NCBI GenBank assembly: GCA_030390025.1
Contig: CM059432.1
Location: forward strand, 14,944,001-15,008,000
Source: Squalus acanthias
Taxonomy: Eukaryota
Reading direction: 5' to 3'
Length of the DNA stretch: 64,000 nt
Part shown: in pieces, positions 12,919 through 26,894 of the stretch
How the letters are laid out: each line of letters starts with the position of its first letter
Numbering within the stretch: the stretch's first letter is position 1
Position numbers and translations under genes: made by a program
Notes under the pieces: generated by a model
Database searches by the model: none
What the model was told of the DNA's origin: nothing
Seen by the model: the letters and a program-made list of their open reading frames with translations, nothing else

Positions 12919-14534
12919 TTTGCATCCAGAGGCAGTGATGCTTTACTGTCCACCGGTTGCCATAGATACTAAACTGTCTGGTCGAATCCAGTACACATTT
13001 TATTGACTACACAAAGTACAGATGGCCAGAAGGTAGTGTGTAAATTAGCTGTACCAAGACACGACTGCTGTGAGCTGACAGTCAAGTATCATTACCTATG
13101 AGGCTTATCTTCATACTTCCAGTACAGGTCTGGCACGTGAAGATGCATCTTGCCTGGTCTGGTATTTATATTTGCCTGCGCCAACCGCCCCCCCCCCCAC
13201 CCCACCAAAATTCAACTATTTGAACGGTTAAAAATGACCAGTAATAGATAATGGGGCAGGTAAACCAAACTAATTTCTCGGGAGAGATCCTGTGACCCAG
13301 CCTGACACCAATTAGATCTCGCAATAGTGCCCTGCCAGATATATTTCACTATTCAGACTACAAGATGACAACCAATTATGCGGTTTTGACGTGGCCTTGA
13401 CTGAATTGTGACCTGGAAAACAGATTTATTTTTTATGCACTTTGACAGAAAAGGACTTACTTTCAATTTAGACAGTTGAAGAAAAGCATTTAAATCTCAT
13501 TTGTGAGTTTTACTGTTAATCATTGCACCTCTCACATATCACTGCTTCTCGCATATCTCTAGAACATACAGCATTAACTCTCCAGATTATATTTCTATGG
13601 CCCCTGTGTCTTGTTAACTTTAAAGGTCTAGCAGGCAGATACTGCCTGACCCTGCTTGTTCACTTTCAGAATTGCATAATAATTGTCTTTTAGGATTTTA
13701 AATGGATTGGGAAAAACATACAACACAGGCCACTAAAGGAAAATTTTCCATTATCACATAAATCCCACTCTAAGGACTGATAGAACATTTCATGTTTGAT
13801 TCTATTTGATTGGGGTCAAGATTTGCAGAGTTTTAAATGCTTTTTAATTCTACCTGCTCCACCACCTTCTTCAGAAAATGGAATAAGAGATGACTGTCTC
13901 GGTTAGATTATGTGCTCAGAATCCTAACTTTGTCTATCTATTCAAAGAGCGTTCTTGCAGTGTCTGTGTTTTATACAGGGAAGAGGGTACATGACCATCC
14001 AAGTCCTCAATGATGGCAGAGCCCAGCATGTGAGTGCCAAAGATAAGACTGAAGCGTTTGCAACTATCTTTAGCCAAAAGTGCCGAGTGGATGATCCTTC
14101 TCGGCGCCTCCTCCTAAAGTCCCCACCATCATAGATATCAGTCTTTAGCAAATTCGATTTACTCCAGCGACATCAAGAAACGGCTGAGTGCACTGGACAA
14201 AGCAAAGGCTACGGGCCCCGACTATAACCCGGCTGCAGTGCTGAACACTTGTGCTCTCGAACTTGCCTGCAGCCAAGCTGTTCCAGTACAGTTACAGCAC
14301 TGGCATCTACCCGACAATGTAGAAAATTGTGCAGGTGCGTCCTGTCCACAAAATGCAGGACAAATCCAACCCAGCTAATTACTGTCCCATCAGCCTACTA
14401 CCAATCGTCAGCAAAGGTAATGGAAGGAATCGTCAATATTGATTTGTTGCTATTGTCGTCGTTAATGATGGCATCCCGCCACCACGTGTGTCCCAGTGAT
14501 GAGTGTGCTCTAAACATGTGTGTGTCCGAACGAT

Positions 14535-15012
14535 GGGTGTGTGATAACAGTGAGGGTGTGTGATAACAGTGTGGGTGTGTGATAACAGTGAGGGTGTGTG
14601 ATAACAGTGAGGGTGTGTGATAACAGTGTGGGTGTGTGATAACAGTGTGGGTGTGTGATAACAGTGAGGGTGTGTGATAACAGTGAGGGTGTGTGATAAC
14701 AGTGAGGGTGTGTGATAACAGTGAGGGTGTGTGATAGCAGTGAGGGTGTGTGATAACAGTGTGGGTGTGTGATAACAGTGAGGGTGTGTGATAACAGTGA
14801 GGGTGTGTGATACAGTGTGGGTGTGTGATAACAGTGAGGGTGTGTGATAGCAGTGAGGGTGTGTGATAGCAGTGAGGGTGTGTGATAACAGTGTGGGTGT
14901 GTGATAACAGTGAGGGTGTGTGATAACAGTGAGGGTGTGTGATAGCAGTGAGGGTGTGTGATAACAGTGAGGGTGTGTGATAGCAGTGAGGGTGTGTGAT
15001 AACAGTGTGGGT
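14535..15012 (+). repeat. 19-bp minisatellite, about 25 units
   Basis: (GGGTGTGTGATAACAGTGA)n with variants AGTGT and TAGCAG; accounts for the spurious HTPSLLSHT ORFs. Confidence 0.95.
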
Positions 15013-16160
15013 GCCGATGGTGCGCATGTCTTAATAGTCCATGTGCCCTGATGATAGAAATGTGGGTGTCAGATGGTCTATGTGCCTTGATGAGGAGTGA
15101 GAGTGTCTGATAACAGTGTGGGCTCCTGATGGTGCACATGTCCTGATGTTGCATGTGCGCTGATGTGAAATGTCTAGTAACAGTGTGGGTAACTGATGGT
15201 GCACATGTCCTGATGAGGAATGCGTGATGATGTCCTATCCTGACAGCGATGACGTAAAATGGGCAATATAGGTTTGGCCACTTGTTATACACCCCACCCG
15301 ATTCTTCTTCCAACAATGGAACCAATCGGGTTGGGTGTAGAATGAGCGGCCGATCCAATATCGCCTGTTTTAGGCCACTGCCAAAGGATAAAATGACCCC
15401 CCCATGTGTGTTCAGTTTGCCACCAGATGCTGAAGTATTTCTTGGATTGTCCCGCTGTGAGCACATTAGAGTTCTGGCACCGTTTTGAAAAAATAAAGAC
15501 TTGCATTTATATAGCACCTGTCACGTCTTATAGGACGTCCTAAAGCGCTTTACAGCCAATGAAGTACTTTTTGAAGTGGAGTCACTGTTGTAATGTGGGA
15601 AACGCGGCAGCCACTTTGCGCACAGCAAGCTCCCACAAACAGCAATGTGATAATGACCAGATGGTCTGGTTTTTTTTTTAGTGATGTTGATTTAAGGGAT
15701 AAATATTGACCAGGACACCGGGGATAACTCCCCCTGCTCTTCTTCGAAATAGGGCCCTGGGATCTTTTATGCCCACCTGAGAGAGCAGACGGGGCCTCGG
15801 TTTAACATCTCGTTTTGCTGCTATCAACTCAGTTTCCCAAAGAATGAGTGATCTTTGTGCATACAAGGGAAGGACTAGAGATAATTAAACTTATCATTGG
15901 TAATTAAGTTGCTGTAATAAAAATTAAATGCTTTGTCAAACAAACTGAAAACGATGATTAGAATTAAGTACAGTGATAACAAATGAAGCTAATTTAATAA
16001 TATGAAACAAAAACATTTCAAACCTGGAAGACATATCAGATTATATTTTAAAATTCATTTAAGTTTATATATCAAAGAAAGAAAGACTTGCATATATATA
16101 GCACCTTTCACAACCTCAGGATGCCCGAGAGCGCTTTACAACCAATGAAGTACTTTTGAA

Positions 16161-16936
16161 ATAACAACAGAAAACGCTGGAAAAACTCAGCAGGCCAGGC
16201 AGCATCCGTGGAGAGAGAAAGAGAGTTAACGTTTCAGGTCGATGACCTTTCGTCAGAACTGTGAAGAGCCGGAAATCAAATAGATTTAAGGCCAGAGTAA
16301 AGCTGGGAAAAGGGGGAGGGGATAAAAGAACAAAGGGGGAGATGAAGAGACATTAAGAGACATTAAGAGATATGCAAGGCTAGAGGTGGTGTTAATGTGA
16401 CAGATTAAGGCTGAAAGAAGTGTGAAATCCACTGGCAGAATGAAGGACAGCTGCCAGCTTCTAGGAGGAAAAAAAAGGTGGGGGGGGGGGCAAATAAAAG
16501 GATGGAAAAAATAAAATATAAATGTGATTGGAGCTGAGGTTATGATCTAAAATTGTTGAACTCGATATTGAGTCCAGAGGGCTGTAGCGTGCCGAAACGA
16601 AAGATGAGGTGCTGTTCCTCGAGCTTACGCTGCGCTTCCGTGGAACAGTGTAATAGGCCGAGGACGGTGAGGTCAGAGTGGGAGTGAAGCGGTGAATTAA
16701 AGTGACAGGCCACCGGGAGCTCGGGGTCCCCCTTACGGACTGAACAGAGGTGTTCCGCAAAGCGGTCACCCAATCTGCGTTTGGTCTCCCCAATGTAGAG
16801 GAGACCACATCGTGAGCAGCGAATACAGTATACTAAATTGCAGGAAGTACAAGTAAATCGCTGTTTCACCTGGAAGGGGTGTTTGGGGCCCTGGACAGTG
16901 GGAAGAGGGGAGGTGTAAGGGCATGTGTTGCATCAA
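16161..16936 (-). mobile_element. 5'-truncated Penelope-like retroelement with GIY-YIG endonuclease and 3' pLTR
   Basis: ORF 16869-16540 reads FTCTSCNLVYCIRCSRCGLLYIGETKRRLGDRFAEHL...LQPSGLNIEF. TSD AAGTACTTTTGAA at 16148-16160 and 16937-16949. Interrupts a SINE. Confidence 0.92.
16224..16260 (-). ncRNA. Minimal hammerhead ribozyme motif of the GIY-YIG Penelope family (second copy at 4801-4837, minus strand)
   Basis: Minus strand reads AGTT-CTGACGA-A-AGGTC-ATC-GACCT-GAAA-CG-TT-AACT. Confidence 0.78.
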
Positions 16937-19206
16937 AAGTACTTTTGAAGTGTAGTCACTGTTATAATATCGGAAACGGGGCAGCCAATTTGCACACAGC
17001 AAGATCCCTCAAACAGCAATGTGATAATGAGCAGATAATCTGTTTTTGAGGTGTTGATTGAGGGATAAATATTGACCAGGACCCCAGGGAGAACTCAACT
17101 GGTCTTCTTTGAAATAGTGCCATGGGATCTTTCACGTCCACCTGAGAGAGCAGACGGGGCCTCGGTTTAACATCTCATCCGAAAGACGGCACCTCCGACA
17201 GTGCAGCACTCCCTCAGCACTGCACTGGAGTGTCAGCCTGGATTATGGGCTCAAGTCTCTGGAGTGGGACTTGAACCCATGACTTTCAGACTCGGGCGAG
17301 AGTGCTGCCAAACTGAGCCAGGGCTGACACTATGTCAAGTTCCATTCATTTGTATATTACCACAGTGTCCCACTTGTAGTTGAAAAATTGTATTTCTGAG
17401 ATTGGTTAAAACAATTTAAATGTAAGTTCAATTGATATAGTGTGGCCTACATTTCTGATGTAGCAGGAATACTGCTGGACCTTGCACCTCCCCGAGTGCT
17501 GACCCTGCTGGATTTCCTGGGTCGGGCTAATTTAAAATTATTTTTCAGGCTCCTGGCAGAATTCCTGCTGCTATAAAGTCACCTGCCTTAGGTGGGGAGC
17601 ACAGGGGAGAGGAGGGGAAATCGCTGTGCTGTGGCCCACACGGCTGCAATTCATTTTTTTTTTTAAAGCATCTTTTTCCCCAGTGGTCTCTCTGCAATCG
17701 ATTGCACGAGCCTTGGCTGACCATAAATATTTACAGCTCCCTTGCACTGCCTCAGCAACATTGGATGCCAGGAATGGAACGGTAAGGTTGCCAAGGTGCA
17801 AATAAGAGAAAATATTTCAGATGCTGTATTCCCATCGTTAACCTATCATTTGAAGGTGCCGATTGCAAATATTGGGGGGCATGTATGGTGTGAGCCGTCG
17901 CTTCCAGTGGGCAATCGTGGAAGTGTCAGCAGGCACCTGGGAGCCAGTGAGATGGCGTCTCAACCCACTGCCTGCTACTGCCAAAGTCGCGTGGAAAATG
18001 CAGGCCGACACAGTTCACTCATTGGCAATGTCGGTTCATAGGATGGCTGGTGGGGAAACTGGAAAAATGTCAGCCTGGCGCAGTAGCGGGCGCCCTTCTG
18101 CTGTTGGGGTTGAGGCGCATTGCGGGGGGGTTAGCGGGAGTTTTACTCTGCATTTCCTGTGCTGTGCCTGAACGCAGTGCTGACACTGGACCTGTGAAAT
18201 GGGAAAGTAATCCATCCCTCAGCACTTACTCGCACCCTTCATTTTGATGAACACCAAAAATATAAAACGCGCGTTTCCATGTTAATAAGATGACAGCGGT
18301 GGAACACTGCAATTTTCCACTAATCTGCTGCAGATAAAATTCCAATAATTCCAGGTGACATCACAAAGTTAATCGTTCAATAACAATGTCACCACACATC
18401 AAACTGAATGAAACTACTTAACTGCGATATCAGCCATGACACACGCTGGCAATGAGACATTTCTCGGCCTTCAACAGATGACAGCATAATAGATCAGCTG
18501 CTTTCTTTTGTTGTACAACACACTTTAGTAATCAAAGATAATGGGAGCGCGGGAGTGATTATTATATCACCCCAGCTGAACCTGGGAGCAAACGATTTTC
18601 TTGCCGTCACTCGCACTCTGACATTACTCTCCGACGTAATTACAATCTACCATTCCCTTTTGAAATTGCACGGTATTCATTACGAGCGATCACCATGGCA
18701 ACTGTAAAAAGTAACAAAGATACCCGGAGCGAGGACTCTAGGATACTCTCGGAATTCAGAGGATATCATACACCACAGGGGCAAAGCGTGAGCGAGCACT
18801 AATCATCACCTGAGCACGGTGATGGGATCACAGCTTTTGAAATCACTCCATGTTTATGTTCTGGAATGCTAGTGGATCTCCTGTGGTGTTGCGCATGGTA
18901 AGTCTGAGGATACCTTGTCTTACCCTATGTAATATATGATGTAGTATCAGGCCACTGATCTACAGTGACTGAATAAGTCAAATTGCATAGAATTACAGAA
19001 ACAGGCCATTCGGCCCAACAGGCCTATGCCGGCGTTTATGCTCCTCACAGGCCTCCTCCCACCCCTCTTCATCTCACACTATCAGTATAACCTTCTATCT
19101 CTTCCGCCCTTGTGTGTTTATCTAGCTTCCCCTTAAATGCATCTATGACTAAAGTAGGAGTGTTAGTGATATTTTTGGACTTAAACTATATGTTTACTTG
19201 CATATT

Positions 19207-19580
19207 TGATCTTATTGAAACATATAAGATACTGAGGGGGCTCCACAAGGTAGATGCAGGGAGGATGTTTCCCCTTGTGGGGAAATCTAGAACTCGGGGG
19301 CACAGTTTTAGAATAAAGGGTCGCCCTTTTAGAACTGAGATGAGGAGGAATCTCTTCTCTCAGAGGGTCGTAAATCTGTGGAATTCTCTGCCCCAGAGAG
19401 CCGTGGAGGCTGGGTCATTAAATACATTTAAGGTGGAGATAGACAGATTTTTGCAAGATAAGGGAGTGAAGGGTTATGGGGAGCGGGCAGGGAAGTGGCT
19501 TTGTGCCCAAGATCGACCATGATCTTATCAGGCTCGAGGGGTCAAGTGGCCTATTCCTGCTCCTATTTCTTATGTTCTTC
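19207..19580 (+). mobile_element. CR1 3' end
   Basis: DLIETYKILRGLHKVDAGRMFP...GYGERAGKW plus 3'UTR; same subfamily as 41103-41735. Confidence 0.88.
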
Positions 19581-22551
19581 TATTTGTGTGGAGGTTATAA
19601 CCCTGTGGTCTTGATGAGTATTAACAGTAGTTTGACTGTGTGGTTAGCTTTATCTCTTGTTTCTTTTAGATGGTAGGGAAGATGACCAAGATTGTGGATA
19701 GATAGGTTGTTGGAATGGCCTGTAGCAGTAGTGGGTTGTAGGCAGGGGGGTTGGGGGGGGCATGTAGGGTAGTAGTGTTGGGAAGATGGTCTTTGGTTTC
19801 TGAGCAGGGGTCATGGCGTATGGGAACATGGGAGTAGGGAGTGTGCAAGGATTTGAGAGAACTGGGTAGGTGGTTGCAGGATGTGCGCTCATTAGGGGAG
19901 GTGGTCACGTTATTTGAGAGCACCGGGAAGGGAGTAGCTGTGTCTTGTAGGAGTGGAGCAGGGGTATCCTGGTATAGCTACACTGTGGTGTAGGAAGAGC
20001 TGGAAAGTGGTCCAAGGCGTGGGAGCATTTGGAGAGGAGGTCTGGTTGTGGCACTGACAGGCAGGGTGGTCTTGGGGGTACGGCGGCATTGGTATGGTGA
20101 TGGCGGGGTGTGGGCGCGACGGCAGCCACCTGCTCCCCTCCTCTCACCATCAGCCATGGCTCAGTTGGTAGTACCATCGCCTCGGAGTCAGAAGGTTGTG
20201 GGGACTCGAGCACAAAAACCTAGGCCGTCACTCCAGTGCAGTAGTGAGGGAGTGCTGCACTGTCAAAGGTGTCGTCTTTCGGATGAATCATAGAATGGTT
20301 ACAGCACGGAAGAAGGCCATTCGGCCCGTCGAGCCCGTGCCGGCTCTCTGCAAGAGCACCTCAGCGAGTCCCACATCCCCGCCCTTTCCCCGCAGCCCTG
20401 CAAAAAAATTTCCGTCAGATACTTATCCAACTCCCTTTTGAAAGATAAGATCGAGTCTGCCTCCACCACCCTTTCAGGAAGTGCATTCCAGATTTTGAAG
20501 AAGAGCAGGGGAGTTATCCCCGATGTCCTGGCCAATATCAATCCCTCAATCAACATCACTAAAAACAGATTATCTGGTCATTATCACATTGCTGTTTGTG
20601 GGAGCTTGCGGTGTGCAAATTAGCTGCCGCGTTTCCTACATTACAACAGTGACTACACTTCAAAAGAAGTACTTAATTGGCTGTAAAGCGCTTTGGGACG
20701 TCTGGTGGTCATGAAAGGCGCTATATAAATGCAAGTCTTCTTTTCATTTCTTTCACCGCCATCTGAGGTCAAGCTTCCCCACCCCTCCCCCCCAGCCCCC
20801 CAGTGACAAAGGCCGCATCCTCGGCATACATTTCTAAAAGCACTTTTGAAGTCAATACTCTGTCCATGGCTTTTAGCACAGGGGACAGGGAGAAGGTTAG
20901 TTGTCGTTCACCTAGTTACAGACAGAAAAATGAGCCAGAGTCCTGCCCATGATCCCTACCCAGTGACCTGTCCTGGAAATGCACAAGTGGCCAGGTTCAA
21001 GTTTAGCTATGACAGCCCAAGGGCAAAAATAACCCCCCGACACTCACCGTAAAGGCTCACACATGAATACTGGCCACATGGATGGAGATATCAGAAGCTG
21101 ACCTAACATCAGCTTTCAGGAGAGGAGGGACAGAAGAATTACATTCAAAGAACAACAAATCTAGTACACCAAGGCATTTCCCAGCCACAGAATTCCTGCT
21201 CAGTGCATAGCATCGAAACACAAAACCCTGATCCAAATATAAAATAGTCCCCAATTTTCTGCTTCATTCTGAATACTGAGTACACTGAATATAATTGGTG
21301 CGTTGCCAAATGGCAGCTGGAGGCAGCAGTGTAATTTGAAAGTTTAATTAATTTATTAAATTATGTTATTATTAATTTGTTTCCTGTTGATTTTGATCTG
21401 ATTGAATTGCTGAATGAGTGAGGTACAAAGATTTGCAAACGGATTTTCTTTGTGCAGCTTATAGGAATTGTGACTGAAGCACAAAATCTCTCGGTAAAAG
21501 AACTATCAGAATTTAACTGGAAAGCTCCAGCAATTTATACAACCTACATGTGCAATAACACCATGAGGGAAGATGCCTTCTGTGTTCCACGTGTAACAAG
21601 ATTATAAACCCTTTATAAAGCAATTTACGATTTTGTTGCATACAGAGATTTTTGCCCCTGTGTTTGGTTTGATTTTGAAATCTAAATGAATGGCGCACGA
21701 TACAGGAGGACATCCAGAACGTTTGTGGATTGTAAGAGAAAGGGAATGCAAGAAGAAGTCTTGACATGGTGAGGGTAAAAAGACGAGGAAAAATATGTAA
21801 AACACCATATTTGGAGCTTAGGGAGGGAACAAGAGAGGAAAGTTCAGTGGAGAAAAAGCCATAATGGCATCAATAAGCAGAGAGAAAGAGAGATAGATTG
21901 AGATGAGGAGAGGGAAAGAAAGAGGCTAGAGGTGAGGGAAGGATTGGCTATCAGACGAAAAGATTTATCTTTTGCATCCTTACTAGGAGTGTGAGAAAAG
22001 AGCCTTCCCAGATATAGGAGCATTTTTCACGTCTTGAATAAACTTTTATAGAAGGTAATAAGTAGCTGTTATCTAATAGACTAGGATATGGAACTTATTC
22101 CACCCAACTAGAAGTGTTTCCCCGCAAGCCACCAGCAGCTTAAGAAAAGAACATCTCCACTCACTGTCATCATTGAGGTCAGCTGTTACCATAGCAACTC
22201 GCACCATAATAATTGTCATTCCGTTCTCTTTGCCCAAGCACCACAAAGAAAGCACAACACAATACGTAGCTGACAAAATCAAACATCCTCATGCTGAGCT
22301 CCGTCGATGGATCAGTTGTCAAGTCAGCGTGTAACTGAGTAATACAGACCAGAATGTCACAGGTTCTTGATCTGTGCTGAGCTAGCTGATCACAGCATGA
22401 AGTAGCAGTCGGAGTCCAACAAATGACTTCAGCAACCTGGACTACGACGAAGAAAATCAACCTTGTTGGACCTGATTGCTATCGAGTGACCCTTGCTGGA
22501 AAAGCCACCCAACATGATTAAATAGTCTGCCAACACCCCTGGGCTCACAGA

Positions 22552-23202
22552 CCTACACTGACTCCCAGTCCAGCAATGCCTCAATTTAAAAATTCTCATC
22601 CTTCTGTTCAAATCCCTCGATAACCTCGCCCCTCCCTATCTCGGTGATCTTCTCCAGCCCTATAGCCCTCCGAGATCTCTGCGCTCCTACAATTCTGGCC
22701 TCATGCGCATCCCCGGTTTCTTTTGCCACATCATTGGCGGCCATGCCTTCAGCTGCCTAATCCCTAAGCTCTGGAATCGCCTCCCTCAACCACTCTGCCT
22801 CTCTACCTTCATCTTTGGAATTCTCTACTCCAGAGAGCTGTGGATGCTCAGTCGTTGAGTATATCCAAGACGGAGATCAATAGATCTTTGGATCCTAACG
22901 GACTCAAGGGATATGGGGATAGTGCGGGAAAGTGGAAATGAGGTAGAAGATCAGCCATAATCTTATGGAATGGTGGAGCAGGCTCAAAGGGCCGAATGGC
23001 CGACTCCTGCTCCTATTTCTTATGTTCTTACCTCTCTCTCCTCCTTTAAGATGCTCCTTAAAATCTACCTCTTTGACCAAGCTTTTGCTCACCTGTCCTA
23101 ATACCTCTTTATGTGACTTGGTGTCAAATTTTGTCTGATAACACTCCTGTGGAGCACCGTGGGACGTTTTACTATGTTAAAGACGCTATATAAATGCAAG
23201 TT
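22552..23202 (+). mobile_element. L2 LINE 3' end with an embedded CR1 3' end (~22816-23028); other L2 ends at 26445-26890 (-) and 32950-33235 (-)
   Basis: IGGRAFSCLGPKLWNSLP-type C-terminus and GCTATATAAATGCAAGT tail shared with the SINEs. Confidence 0.78.
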
Positions 23203-23992
23203 GCCAACACTAAACTCTTTAGCCTCATACAAGATGAATATCCACAAGGTAACAGAATCTGCCCATCCCCTGTAGATCTGTACTGCAGCCTGAGTCAGCA
23301 ACTTCAGGCAATTAATTTTTGTGGAGTAGGAACAATTAAAAAAAAAAAATTCTTAATGCTGGTTTTCAGCATTCATGAGCATCTTACCTCTCACCATGGC
23401 AACCAAGAGAATAATTTCACATACCTTATCATTACACCTTCATCAGCATCACCACTCAATAAGACTAACATAACATTACCACAGTCTGCTTTTGAAGTAC
23501 AGTATTTAACTAATTAAACCATAGTTGCCCAAATTCCTTTTTAATTTACTGTTATTTGAAAAATCAACCATCAAAATAAAATCAAACAATATAAACTTCT
23601 CAGCTCCATTATAATAATCAGCTGAGGTACAAACAGCCCTTCAATCCTTTCCCAACGGATTACTTCATATGAACTGTCCGGACTACAGCTAAATACTCTT
23701 ACACGTTGCTTCATCATAGTCCATTGTCCTACTACCACGGCACAATAAATTCATTCAAAGTTTCTTCACCCATCCCAGTTCCCCTCCTCTTTTCTCTTGA
23801 ATAGAATGGGGGGAAATTTTCCATTTTGTACCAGTGGCACAATCTCAGAAAATTAGCTCCAGTGGCTCATGCTGACTATAGTTCCATGGGTGTTGGGTGC
23901 AGGGATCCTTGTCTGATGCCTCCTCTCATAACTGAAGCTAATCCTGTCCTCACCTTACATCCACACCTATGCACTTTTCAATGGGTGGTGGG

Positions 23993-24167
23993 CAACGTTC
24001 CCTCTAAACTGTCTTTGTTGTGTGCGGGTCTGTTTATTTCAATGTGCGGTCCCGTTAAAATTCTGCGCATGCGCGGTGTTTCAAACGGAAAAGCTTGTGA
24101 GCGGCCTGCGCGGTACCCTGCAGATTACAGCGCGGCCGCAAACGCGCGCAGCTTAGAGGGTACATTG
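23993..24167. mobile_element. hAT MITE, 175 bp
   Basis: TIR CAACGTTCCCTCTAA / TTAGAGGGTACATTG; 8-bp TSD GTGGTGGG at 23985-23992 and 24168-24175. Confidence 0.88.
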
Positions 24168-26894
24168 GTGGTGGGGGCATCTATGGGAATCAAGGGATAT
24201 GGGAATCGGACGGGAAAGGGGAGTTGAGGTCGAAGATCAGCCATGATCTTATTGAATGGCGGAGCAGGCTCGAAGGGCCGTATGGCCCACTCCTATTTCT
24301 TATGTTCTTATCTCACAGGATACTGAACACTGTTTCATTTACTCTTCATTAGCCCCCGTGGTTGCCCTAAGTGAGTCACCGAGGTCAGCACAGACCAGGA
24401 ATGAAACCTCCGACCCTCCTGATCTACATGAGTCTATCACGTTCAGCAGAGCATTTATCAAGTTAGCTGCTGGATGTATCTTTCAAAGAAAAATTCTAAC
24501 AAAGTAACACGCGAATAAAATACCTGCATCACAGGAAATGAGTGAAGTATGGGGAGGTTTTAAATATAATGGTCTGGGAAATCCGCAGCCAGTCCAAAGC
24601 TCTCCTGCTGTAACTTTGGTGGGTGTCCACTAGAATGGCAGGAAATTAGGCCTCTTCCCAGCTCAAACATGGCCAACTTTGTAAAGAGGGGTTGGGTCCA
24701 GAAGTAGAGAGTCCCTACGTCAGGATTCCTCGCTCCCCAGGTTTACAGTGGGAACCGGCATATGGTTGATGGAGGAATGCCTGGTTGGCGTAACTTCCCA
24801 CAACCAGCTTGTGGGAACCATCTGAGGCTTCGGGGCTGTGATCATGGTTTGGTCCTCCAAAGAACAAGGCCAAATTATTTTTTTCAAATGTTAAAGAATT
24901 TCCTTATAAATGGGGCAGTGGAGGCAGCTCTCTGTTCGTGCCAACGAGGACCCAGCTTTCCCCCATACCCTCACCCTCCCGGCCAGGCAATCTTCATCAG
25001 GCCAGCGCCCCAGATGTGCGCCGAGTGGAACGGGCACCCAACCTTCGGAAACAAATCAAAGAATCTCCCCTGATCCCAGAATGTAGTCCGAGGCCAGTGG
25101 TGGAGATGCGCGGCAGTTACGCAGAGAATGCCCAATTGTGGGTTTTTGGCACCAGTGTTTATTTTGTTCGTAAAGAAGCCCTGTGTAACACACACAGCAC
25201 AGAATTATCCAGTTCAGAAGAATTAAAGAACTTGCATTTATATAGCACCTTTCATGGCCTCAGGATGTCCCAATGCACTTCACAGCCATTAAAGTATTTT
25301 TGAAGTACAGTCCCTGGTGTAATATAGGGAAACAAGGCAGCCAAATATGTACACAGCAAGGCCCCACAAGTAGCAATAAGAAACATTATTTTAGTGATGT
25401 TGGTGGAGGAGTAAATGTTAGCGGGACTGTAGGAGAACTGCCCTACTTTTCTTCCAAAAAGTGCAATGAAATCTTTTACGTCCACCTGAGAGAATAGCCT
25501 CGGTTTAAGGTCTCATCCCAAAGACGGCACCTCCGACAGTGCAGCGCTCCCTCAGTACTGCACTGAGCCGTCAGCCTGGATTATCGGGGTTCTCCTGCTC
25601 ATCCGCTATAGCGTTGGAGGGAAAATTGCAGCAGCTCCGGAAATGTGCCATTTTCCCTGGGATTTCCGTGGCTCTTCCCTCCCAAGTTACACTGGGCGAG
25701 CGGGAGAACCCCAGCGTGGAATATCACCTGCGATGTGCTCAAGTCTCTGGAGTGGTGCTTGAATCCATGACCTTCTGCCTCAGACAACTGAGGCAGGGCT
25801 GGCACCTTTGCTCATCCAGTGACTCCGTTCAAGACGTTTTTGATCTATCTTTCTCCCCATTTCCCTCTCTTTATTCCCTCAAGGGGAGGGCTGAACTTCT
25901 GTTAAGTGCTGGCGCTCTGATCGATAAACTGGCAGCAATTACTTTGTTCTGTATGTTCAAGAAGCAGAACTAAAGTCGCATTGTAAGAATGTAATAAGAT
26001 CGATAAGAAAGCTGTCCTCAATCAAGAGAGGTATAAAAATGAAGTGAGATGAATTTTAAAGGTGAGGATTTACTGACTGATTCACAATAAACCTTCTAAC
26101 TGCAAGGCTGCATCCCTGTTACCATCTCCTTCAGTGTAACAGCCCAGAAAGGTGACAAGAAGAATGAAGTTTTAATAACATGTTAGACCAGTACCATGCT
26201 GATTACTCTAGAGGGTTGGATTTTAAGCATATAAAGGGTTGTATTGTGTACATGGGGTATGGGGGCGGTTGACGTTTGTGCATAGAGGTGTGAATTATTT
26301 GCACAGAGGGATCTGGATTTTTCGTACAGATTGCACTTGGAATCTTAAGTGTAGGAATTAGACCCCGCTGCACCTGATTTTTGGGGGAGCAGAATGGGGT
26401 CCCATGGACCAGTAGCACTGTGGTGAACTTGGGACCTACAATAACAACTTACATTTATATAGCACCTTTAACGTAGTAAAACGTCCAAAGGCACTTCACA
26501 AGAGCGCTATCGAACAAATTTTGATACCGAACCACATAAGGAGATATTAGGACAGCTGGCCAAAAGCTTGGTCAAAGAGGTAGGTTTTAAGGAGCGTCTT
26601 AAAGGAGGAGAGAGAGGTAGAGAGGTTTAGGGACGGAATTACAGAGCTTAGGGCCAAGGCAGCTGAATGCACGGCCGCCAATGGTGGAGTGATTAAAATC
26701 GGGGTTGTGCAAGAGGCCAGAATTGGAGGTGCGTAGAGATCTTGGAGGGTTGTGGGGCTGGAGGAGATTAGAGATAGGGAGGGGTGAGGCCATGGAGGGA
26801 TTTGAAACCAAAGATGAGAATTTTAAAATCAAGTCGTTGGCAGACCGGGAGCAAATGTAAGTCAGCGAGCACTGGGGTGATGGATGAACAGGAT

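Noticed and set aside
14535..15012. CRISPR-like array
   Set aside because: Tandem units with no unique spacers, in eukaryotic context.
14398..15517. Long ORFs of 209 and 335 aa rich in His and Thr
   Set aside because: They are translations of the stop-free 19-bp minisatellite.
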